DNA of 64,000 nucleotides from Escherichia coli (GTDB lineage Bacteria; Pseudomonadota; Gammaproteobacteria; Enterobacterales; Enterobacteriaceae): NCBI RefSeq assembly GCF_003018115.1, contig NZ_CP027457.1; one strand, 5' to 3'. Shown piece by piece: positions 57,642 to 64,000 of this stretch (position 1 is its first letter; each line of letters starts with the position of its first letter). The notes under the pieces were generated by a model. It saw only the letters and a program-made list of their open reading frames with translations, ran no database searches and was not told where the DNA came from. The position numbers and the translations under genes were made by a program.

Positions 57642-58599
57642 ACGCCCGCTGGTTATAAACACACAGCTGGCGATGAAGATTGGTTTAAACGAAGCCATTG
57701 TGTTGCAGCAACTGCATTACTGGTTGAGGGATACCAGTTCCGGCATGGAATGTGATGGCGTTCGCTGGATTTACAACACAACGGAACAATGGCTGGAACA
57801 GTTTCCGTTCTGGTCAGAGTCAACGTTAAAGCGTGCGTTTGCAAGTCTGAAAGCGCTGGGGCTTTTGCGTAGCGAAAAGCTCAATAAATCGAAGCGTGAT
57901 ATGACTAATTTTTACACAATTAACTACGATAGCGCGCTTTTAGATGATGGCAAAGTGAACGAATCCATCGGGTCAAAATGCGCCACTCCATCAGGTCAAA
58001 ATGACACGATGGAAGAGGTCAAAATGAAACGTTCCATTGGTTCAAAACGGCCCAATGTCATCAGGTCAAAATGGCCCGATGATCCTACAGAGAATACAAC
58101 AGAGAATACAACAGAGAATACAACAGAGAATAAAAAACTCTCTTGTCCGGACGCTTCGCAACCGGACGAGTTGACGGCTGAACAGGCGTTTTTAACCCGC
58201 CATCCTGATGCTGTTGTGTTCAGCGTGAAAAAACGCCAGTGGGGAACCCGGGAGGATTTGACATGTGCGCAGTGGATCTGGGGGCGGGTTGTAAACCTGT
58301 ACGAACAGGCTGCCAGTGACGATGGTGAGATCACGCGACCGAAAGAGCCCAACTGGACGGCGTGGGCCAATGACGTGCGCACAATGCGGATGCTGGATGG
58401 AAGAAGTCACAGACAAATTTGCGAAATGTTCAGCCGGGCACAACGGGATCCGTTCTGGATAAAAAACATCAAGAGCCCGGAAAAACTCCGTGAGAAATGG
58501 GATGAACTGGTTATTCGACTGTGGCGTGGTCCCGCGCAGCGTTGCGTGAATCATATTTCTGAACCGGATACCGAAATTCCGCCGGGTTTCAGGGGGTAG
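57622..58599 (+). CDS. phage replication initiator (O-like / YdaU-like) with internal iterons
   Basis: ORF 57580..58599 (start uncertain, probably MSLLFAERP at 57622); N-terminal LNEAIVLQQLHYWL winged-helix-like region; (TENT)4 repeat; precedes DnaC homologue. Confidence 0.7.
   Translation: MSLLFAERPLVINTQLAMKIGLNEAIVLQQLHYWLRDTSSGMECDGVRWIYNTTEQWLEQFPFWSESTLKRAFASLKALGLLRSEKLNKSKRDMTNFYTINYDSALLDDGKVNESIGSKCATPSGQNDTMEEVKMKRSIGSKRPNVIRSKWPDDPTENTTENTTENTTENKKLSCPDASQPDELTAEQAFLTRHPDAVVFSVKKRQWGTREDLTCAQWIWGRVVNLYEQAASDDGEITRPKEPNWTAWANDVRTMRMLDGRSHRQICEMFSRAQRDPFWIKNIKSPEKLREKWDELVIRLWRGPAQRCVNHISEPDTEIPPGFRG
58087..58134 (+). repeat. 4 tandem 12-bp repeats (acagagaataca) – candidate ori iterons
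   Basis: perfect tandem repeats followed by an A-rich stretch, inside the replication initiator gene as with lambda ori in gene O. Confidence 0.6.
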
Positions 58600-58605
58600 C
58601 GCATC

Positions 58606-59346
58606 ATGAAAAACATTACGTCAGGTGGTGTTCTGGCAAGAGTCAGCAGATTTGTGCCGCAGGATGCAATCCCTCCGTACCGTACGGTGACGGAGTGGCG
58701 GGAATGGCAGCTTGCTGAAGGGCGTAAGCGAAGCGAGGAGGTTAATCGTCTGAATCATCAGACGCGGGTTGAAAAAATCATTAACCGCTCCGGTATCCAG
58801 CCGCTTCACCGGAAGTGTACGTTCGGTAACTACCGGGTGCAGAACGATGGTCAGCGCCATGCCCTGAGTCAGGCGAAATCCATTGCGGCAGAGCTGGAAG
58901 GCGGCTGTACGAATTTTGTGTTCAGTGGCCGGCCTAGCACAGGAAAAAACCACCTGGCGGCGGCTATTGGCAACCACCTTCTGGCGAAAGGTCGCAGTGT
59001 GATTGTGATAACAGTGGCGGATGTGATGCTGGCGTTACATGGCAGCTACGACAACAAAAACTCGGGCGAAAAATTTTTGCAGGGATTGTGTGGCGTTGGC
59101 CTGCTGGTACTGGATGAAATTGGCATGCAACGGGATACGCGTAATGAGCAGGTCACGCTGAATCAGATTGTTGACCGCAGAACGGCATCGTTACTCAGTG
59201 TGGGGATGCTGACAAATCTTAACCATGCAGCGATGAATACACTTCTCGGCGAGCGGGTGATGGACCGCATGTCCATGAACGGTGGTCGCTGGGTGACGTT
59301 TAACTGGGAGAGCTGGCGTCCGAACGTCAGCCAGCACAGGAACTGA
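58606..59346 (+). CDS. DnaC-like helicase loader (phage-encoded)
   Basis: 246-aa ORF highly similar to DnaC: [27 protein letters not shown] Walker A, LLVLDEIG Walker [11 protein letters not shown]. Confidence 0.9.
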   Translation: MKNITSGGVLARVSRFVPQDAIPPYRTVTEWREWQLAEGRKRSEEVNRLNHQTRVEKIINRSGIQPLHRKCTFGNYRVQNDGQRHALSQAKSIAAELEGGCTNFVFSGRPSTGKNHLAAAIGNHLLAKGRSVIVITVADVMLALHGSYDNKNSGEKFLQGLCGVGLLVLDEIGMQRDTRNEQVTLNQIVDRRTASLLSVGMLTNLNHAAMNTLLGERVMDRMSMNGGRWVTFNWESWRPNVSQHRN

Positions 59347-59375
59347 GAAGTAATTTTTATCCGGAGGAAGTTTTA

Positions 59376-60137
59376 ATGGAAACCGTATTGCATGCACTGA
59401 AAGCGATGGGTAAAGCCAATTCTGTTGAACTGGCGGCGCGGCTTGATATCAGCCGTGAAGAAGTTCTCAACGAACTGTGGGAACTCAAAAAAAATGGCGT
59501 TGTTGATAAAACGGGTCACACCTGGTTTCTGGCTGGTGAAGGTGAATCCGGGGTAACCGAAGAACAGCCAGCACAGTCTGAAGTACCGGATGTGCTGACC
59601 GGGGAGGTCGAACAAAAAGTTACCGCGGACATGATGATTGAGTTTATCTGTCAGGATGGGGCTAAAACGTGTGAGGAACTGGCGGATAAGTTCGGTGTTA
59701 GCATTCGCAAGGTTGCTTCCACGTTGGCGGTCGTAACAGCAACGGGGCGCCTGGCACGCGTAAATCAGAACGGTAAATTTCGTTACTGCATACCGGGCGC
59801 TGATTTACCGGCAGAGCCGGAAGCTGCATCCGTAGCGGAAACCGATGGTAAAGCCTTTCCTCAGCCAGCAGGTGTTGCGTTACCAGTCCAGGAAACGACG
59901 ACACAGGAAGAAATGAAAACAGAAATCGTGGAAGACATTGTGAAGTTACAGCCATCGGTCACCGAAACGAAAGCAGATGACCTGATTCTACCATCGCTGC
60001 ATGTGGCTAACCGCGAGCTGCGCCGGGTAAAAGGTCAGGTTCAGAAGTGGGAGCGAGTCTGCGCCGCGCTGCGGGAGCTGAACAAGTGCCGGGATATTCT
60101 CCGGGATATTACCGCCACCAGAGAACAGCTGCGGTGA
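59376..60137 (+). CDS. hypothetical phage protein with two winged-helix-like segments
   Basis: 253-aa ORF; wHTH-like [18 protein letters not shown] and [17 protein letters not shown]. Confidence 0.6.
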   Translation: METVLHALKAMGKANSVELAARLDISREEVLNELWELKKNGVVDKTGHTWFLAGEGESGVTEEQPAQSEVPDVLTGEVEQKVTADMMIEFICQDGAKTCEELADKFGVSIRKVASTLAVVTATGRLARVNQNGKFRYCIPGADLPAEPEAASVAETDGKAFPQPAGVALPVQETTTQEEMKTEIVEDIVKLQPSVTETKADDLILPSLHVANRELRRVKGQVQKWERVCAALRELNKCRDILRDITATREQLR

Positions 60138-60382
60138 GTGGGTGGAAGACGTGGTGCCGGGCTGAAATTCTGATACTCCGGCAGTGCGCGGGAACGATGA
60201 CTGTCGAAAGTATCGGCAGTCTGATTGGTCGTAGCGAGGCAGCGGTCAGAGCGAAAGCCCGGGATAAGGGAATAAGCCTGATGCTGCAGGGTGATTTTCG
60301 CCTGTCAGCCAAATTACCGTATAAAGCGATGGACTGCCTGAAGCGAAACGGACTGATTGGCGCTGAGGATAGTTTACGATGA
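60134..60382 (+). CDS. hypothetical protein, translationally coupled
   Basis: ORF 60047..60382; GTG at 60134 overlaps the upstream stop (GTGA). Confidence 0.4.
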   Translation: MSGWKTWCRAEILILRQCAGTMTVESIGSLIGRSEAAVRAKARDKGISLMLQGDFRLSAKLPYKAMDCLKRNGLIGAEDSLR

Positions 60383-60465
60383 CCAGGCCTGAGGCATTCG
60401 TAACGGTAGGAGTTGCAATGGCGGTAGCGCTGGTGGTTTATTCGATTTGCCGCTGGGGTTGACGT
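60379..60465 (+). CDS. 28-aa hydrophobic single-TM peptide ([27 protein letters not shown])
   Basis: hand-translated; ATG overlaps stop of upstream ORF (ATGA); not in ORF track (under 60 aa). Confidence 0.3.
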
Positions 60466-60546
60466 AATTACTAATCCGGGGCTATATTCACCGCACGGTC
60501 GAGTTGACCGTCGGGATTGAGACCCCGGATATTCAACCGCGACAGA

Positions 60547-60570
60547 CACACGCCGCGAGCGTGTTTTTTA
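60547..60570 (+). terminator. rho-independent terminator ending the replication-side operon
   Basis: acacgc-cgcga-gcgtgt hairpin followed by TTTTTT. Confidence 0.7.
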
Positions 60571-60733
60571 TTGTCGTATGCGCACGCACATCTGAATTAT
60601 GGTGAGGCGTATGGGGCAGCCGAAAGGCTGGCCGGTTGGTTGATCCGGTAGTCTCAACCCTGTACGTCTCGCCACCTGATGATTGAGACCTGAAGGTGGT
60701 GATAGTTAAATTCATCAACCAGAGGGCGTTATC

Positions 60734-61285
60734 ATGACGACTCAAGTTACTGTCAAAAACCTTTCCCCTGTCACTTATAACCAGATTCCTGTAATCACAA
60801 CTGAGTTACTCGCCCGCCTTTACGGAACAGAAGCAATCCGTATACAGCAGAATCACCATGAAAATAAATCTCGATTTATTGAGGGAAAACACTTCTTTAA
60901 AGCTGTTGGTGATGAGCTCAAAAATTTGCGACTAGTTTTAAACGAGTCGCAAAATGAGGTGAAAATTTCTCCCAAAACCCGCACTCTCATCCTCTGGACA
61001 GAACGCGGAGCAGCCCGTCATGCAAAAATGCTCGAAACCGATCAGGCGTGGGAAGTATTCGAAAAACTCGAAGACAGTTACTTCAACCAGTACGAGAAAG
61101 AGCGGGCTATGGGAAAAATGAATATCGATTTTCATCTGGCGATCCGTGACGATAAAACCGCCTTCATCCGAAGTTATGCGCCTGGCCAGCTGGTGACGGT
61201 TGAAGAAGCCCTGGCTTTGCTTAAATCGCGCGGATGGCTGGTAATGCCACGAGATGAACTGGCCGGAAAATTAATGGAGCTTTAA
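60734..61285 (+). CDS. ORF6N/KilA-N-like domain phage protein (putative antirepressor-type regulator)
   Basis: 183-aa ORF; N-terminal NQIPVITTELLARLYG...FIEGKHFFKAVGDELKNL resembles ORF6N DNA-binding domain. Confidence 0.6.
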   Translation: MTTQVTVKNLSPVTYNQIPVITTELLARLYGTEAIRIQQNHHENKSRFIEGKHFFKAVGDELKNLRLVLNESQNEVKISPKTRTLILWTERGAARHAKMLETDQAWEVFEKLEDSYFNQYEKERAMGKMNIDFHLAIRDDKTAFIRSYAPGQLVTVEEALALLKSRGWLVMPRDELAGKLMEL

Positions 61286-61302
61286 CCGATTGAGTTAACC
61301 TT

Positions 61303-61322
61303 GATATGGGAATTCCCATATC
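61303..61322. repeat. 20-bp perfect palindrome gatatgggaattcccatatc
   Basis: perfect dyad directly downstream of the ORF6N gene, upstream of the hok locus. Confidence 0.6.
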
Positions 61323-61556
61323 GGGAGAACATTACCATCGGGGATAAAATGATTTGCGGGGAAAGAAGAGTTAAGTAGAATTGCTGCGGGTGCTTGAGGC
61401 TGTCTGCCTCGGGCATGCCGCCGTAAGGCAGACAGAGAAAAGCCCCAGTTAACATTACGCGTCTTGCAGGACGCTTAACATTAATCTGAGGCCAATTTCA
61501 TGCTTTGCACATGTAGGTTAGCCTCTTACGTGCCGAAAGGCAAGGAGAAGCAGGCT

Positions 61557-61712
61557 ATGAAGCAGCAAAAGGCGATGTTAATCGCCCTGATTGTCATCTG
61601 TTTAACCGTCATAGTGACGGCACTGGTAACGAGGAAAGACCTCTGCGAGGTACGAATCCGAACCGGCCAGACGGAGGTCGCTGTCTTCACAGCTTACGAA
61701 CCTGAGGAGTAA
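61557..61712 (+). CDS. hok: Hok/Gef-family type I toxin
   Basis: MKQQKAMLIALIVICLTVIVTALVTRKDLCEVRIRTGQTEVAVFTAYEPEE: TM helix plus conserved RKxLCEhR and AxF.AYE motifs; in-frame upstream extension to 61500. Confidence 0.85.
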   Translation: MKQQKAMLIALIVICLTVIVTALVTRKDLCEVRIRTGQTEVAVFTAYEPEE

Positions 61713-61782
61713 GAGACCTGGCGAGGGAGAAATCCCTCGCCACCTCTGATGTGTCAGGCATCCTCAACGCACCCGCACTTAA

Positions 61783-61803
61783 CCTGCTTCGGCGGGTTTT
61801 GTT
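61783..61803 (+). terminator. terminator of hok mRNA
   Basis: cctgc-ttcg-gcggg hairpin plus T-run; preceded by ggcgaggg..ccctcgcc fold-back element. Confidence 0.6.
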
Positions 61804-61814
61804 GTATTAGAATA

Positions 61815-62132
61815 TCAGGATATTACCTGGATCCCGTTTTTCTCGACAACTGAAAGAAGCCGAAGAGCTGCACCTCCCGGGCGTTTCACTCCTCGTTCCC
61901 AGTCTGATATCAGGTTTTTACTGACGTTGAGGTATCTGGCAAAAACAGGTTGAGACAGATGCTCTCGTTCTCGCAGTGCACGGATCCTTTCTGGAGACAT
62001 TACCGGCGCAGGCTGAAGACAAGTTTCATCGAATTCGCGCATAGTTTGTTTTGTGATTGCACCGATATCATGGAGTGACTCCATCATTTCATGTACAGAT
62101 GCAAGTGCATCACTGCGGTAATTTTTACTCAT
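61815..62132 (-). CDS. HTH (XRE-type) antitoxin, HigA-like
   Basis: 105-aa ORF downstream of and overlapping (8 nt) the toxin gene; HTH LSQPVFARYLNVSKNLISDWERG. Confidence 0.75.
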   Translation of the reverse strand: MSKNYRSDALASVHEMMESLHDIGAITKQTMREFDETCLQPAPVMSPERIRALREREHLSQPVFARYLNVSKNLISDWERGVKRPGGAALRLLSVVEKNGIQVIS

Positions 62133-62511
62133 TGGGTACCTCCGTGAACTGGCCTTGTTGAATCAATTGTGCCAGCTGTTCATCAGTAAGATTGAGGACA
62201 TGGGGAGCGGCTTTTCGAAAAGCATTTTCCTCTATAGCAGTGATATTCTCTCGTTCATTCTTTGCGTATGCGTAGATGAAAAAGGCTTTTTCTGCAACGC
62301 GGTAAAAAATTATTGTCCGGTAACCGCCTGATTTTCCGCCACCACTTCGGGCTAATCTTTGTTTAATGACACCACTACCCAAATTTGCGGATATGATCCC
62401 CCTTATCGGCCTGCTCCACGATTTTGCGTAGCGATTTATCGGAAATCCGATGTTTTCGGGCGAAACGTTCAAACCAGGCGTTTTTGAAAATTCGCATACC
62501 TGCCTCTGCAT
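62125..62511 (-). CDS. RelE/ParE-superfamily toxin, HigB-like (Gp49/DUF891-type)
   Basis: ORF 62125..62523 (start probably the ATG at 62511); GGGKSGGYRTIIFY...FFIYAYAKNERENI motif pattern; toxin-first order. Confidence 0.7.
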   Translation of the reverse strand: MQRQVCEFSKTPGLNVSPENIGFPINRYAKSWSRPIRGIISANLGSGVIKQRLARSGGGKSGGYRTIIFYRVAEKAFFIYAYAKNERENITAIEENAFRKAAPHVLNLTDEQLAQLIQQGQFTEVPNE

Positions 62512-62517
62512 TTTATA

Positions 62518-62532
62518 TAACACATAGTGTTA
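62518..62532. promoter_or_regulatory. palindromic operator candidate TAACAC-ATA-GTGTTA upstream of the HigB-like gene
   Basis: perfect 6-bp inverted repeat with 3-bp spacer next to the toxin start. Confidence 0.45.
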
Positions 62533-62675
62533 CACCATGTGGACTATGGAGGCAATCTTTATTTGAGAATGCTTGCTGATTTATCGGTGTTCAAAAAACA
62601 GACGTAATTCAGATTGTATAAACGGCAGACAGAAAAAGTCATTGTTCTTGCGCATAAAATCCTCAGATTTACTGA

Positions 62676-62948
62676 GTGAAATGCGTCTCTTTTCATGGTT
62701 ATAGTCCGAGAGAAGCGATAATGCATTTCATTTCCTTTACGTCAGGAGGTGTTGTGAAAATCCCAGCCAGTTTGATCCCGGGGTTTTATGAGAGCATGCG
62801 CCCGGTTGTTGTTTACAGAAACAGTGATGGTTCTTTTCAATGTGGTTTTGTTATGCGAAGTAATGAGGTTGTTGTAAGCCTTTCTCTTCTTTCTGAGGTA
62901 AGAGAGTTGGCAGGATTACCTGTTGATGATATTCAGAAGCAGCTATAA
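62676..62948 (+). CDS. hypothetical protein
   Basis: 90-aa ORF after the TA pair; no recognisable motifs. Confidence 0.35.
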   Translation: MKCVSFHGYSPREAIMHFISFTSGGVVKIPASLIPGFYESMRPVVVYRNSDGSFQCGFVMRSNEVVVSLSLLSEVRELAGLPVDDIQKQL

Positions 62949-62983
62949 AATCAGGCTGACTTGAACCGTCGCTGAGAAACACC

Positions 62984-63271
62984 GTGCCACCGGAGATCCC
63001 GATGGCGCACGATAGCAGATTGCACAATTCTGCCGCCCTTGCCAGTAGGCAAGGGCGGTGTTCGCACGTATTTAAAACCGACTGGTTCCAGCATCCCCCA
63101 TGCACTGAAGAACAGGCCGAATGGCTGATTCAGTGCTACCGCAGACGTGGTTACGAGTTTCAGAAAGATCTCAGCTTCGATCGTCGTCACTGGATAATCT
63201 CCGTCAGGCTCCCTTATTCCGAACGCCCACCGCGTCCGTCCCGCACATTCCAGCAGCGCATCTGGAGGTAA
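62984..63271 (+). CDS. hypothetical protein
   Basis: 95-aa ORF whose stop abuts the start of the long open frame running to the window end. Confidence 0.35.
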   Translation: MPPEIPMAHDSRLHNSAALASRQGRCSHVFKTDWFQHPPCTEEQAEWLIQCYRRRGYEFQKDLSFDRRHWIISVRLPYSERPPRPSRTFQQRIWR

Positions 63272-63344
63272 CGTGCGGGTATTACTTCGACCTGTTCTGG
63301 TACCGGAACTCGGTCTGGTTATCGTTAAGCCAGGCCGTGAATCA

Positions 63345-64000
63345 ATGTCAGTATTCCATAACGGCAGAATATTGGTGGAGCCGGAACCGAAAAACATGCG
63401 CGGTCTGCCGTCCGGAGTCGTTCCTGCCGTTCGCCAGCCGCTGGCAGAGGATAAAACATTACTGCCATTTTTCAGCGATGAGCGGGTTATTCGTGCAGCA
63501 GGTGGTGCAGGTGCACTGTCTGACTGGTTATTACGTCACGTGAAATCCTGCCAGTGGCCACACGGCGATTATCATCACAGCGAAACCGTCATTCACCGTT
63601 ATGGTACCGGCGCGATGGTGTTGTGCTGGCACTGTGACAACCAGCTGCGCGACCAGACATCAGAATCACTCGATCAACTTGCTCAGCAGAATCTGGTTGC
63701 CTGGATGATTGATGTCATCCGTCACGCAATAAGCGGTACGCAGGAGAGGGAGTTATCGCTGGCCGAATTATCCTGGTGGGCGGCCTGCAATCAGGTGGTG
63801 GATGCACTACCTGAGGCAGTAGCGCGTCGTTCGCTGGGATTACCAGCGGAAAAAATCCGCTCCGTATACCGTGAGAGTGACATCGTACCGGGAGAACAGA
63901 CAGCCATCAGCATACTGAAGCAGCGCACAAAAAATATTGCGCTGCCACTTCACGTCCACCAGCAACAAAATCCACCACAGAAAAAAACGGTTGTCAGTAT
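63345..64000 (+). CDS. hypothetical phage protein, 3'-truncated by window end
   Basis: frame open from stop at 63195 to 64000 with ATG at 63345 (GTG at 63273 possible); hand-translated MSVFHNGRILVEPEPKNMRGLPSG...CWHCDNQLRDQ...; absent from ORF track because no stop within window. Confidence 0.5.
   Translation, partial: MSVFHNGRILVEPEPKNMRGLPSGVVPAVRQPLAEDKTLLPFFSDERVIRAAGGAGALSDWLLRHVKSCQWPHGDYHHSETVIHRYGTGAMVLCWHCDNQLRDQTSESLDQLAQQNLVAWMIDVIRHAISGTQERELSLAELSWWAACNQVVDALPEAVARRSLGLPAEKIRSVYRESDIVPGEQTAISILKQRTKNIALPLHVHQQQNPPQKKTVVS

Larger units (their letters stand above)
50520..64000. mobile_element. lambdoid (Rac/Qin-like) prophage, left end plus at least 13.4 kb; right end beyond window
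   Basis: int-xis-exonuclease leftward arm, DicA-like repressor with divergent cro/dicC, O-like and DnaC-like replication genes, hok and HigBA-like modules. Confidence 0.9.

Noticed and set aside
58087-58134. Possibility that the 12-bp tandem repeats are a CRISPR array
   Set aside because: Repeats are contiguous with no spacers, only 12 bp long, and in-frame inside a coding sequence; no cas genes nearby; interpreted as iterons/linker repeats.
63121-63543. ORF 63121..63543 (+) and antisense ORFs 62851..63105, 62951..63397 (-)
   Set aside because: A different frame remains open from 63195 to the window end (over 800 nt); the longer open frame is preferred, and the listed ORFs are likely overlapping chance frames.

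Overview
Enterobacterial (E. coli-type) chromosome, gene order matching the K-12 kdsA–nar–opp–tonB–ompW region. Positions 1–50.5 kb are conserved core genes: prs, ispE, lolB, hemA-prfA-prmC-ychQ-ychA-kdsA, two Ldr/Rdl type I toxin repeats, chaABC, ychN, ychO, narLX, narK, narGHJI, two tRNA-Tyr genes, purU, ychJ, rssAB, galU, hns, tdk, adhE, ychE, oppABCDF, yciU, clsA, yciY, kch, yciI, tonB, yciABC and ompW. From about 50.5 kb to the window end lies a lambdoid, Rac/Qin-like prophage inserted directly after ompW: integrase, excisionase, an 823-aa exonuclease-domain protein, a DicA-like repressor with divergent Cro/DicC-like gene, YdaT-like protein, replication initiator with internal iterons, a DnaC homologue, and an accessory stretch with a hok-like toxin and a HigB/HigA-like pair. 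The most likely place for anything undescribed is the prophage accessory content: the exonuclease fusion, a convergent AT-rich plus-strand gene at 55.5 kb, and the 60.4–64 kb islet. All calls come from reading the sequence and recalled protein families; no database search was run, and one local 1-nt indexing inconsistency near 60.13 kb means hand-derived start coordinates may be off by a base.
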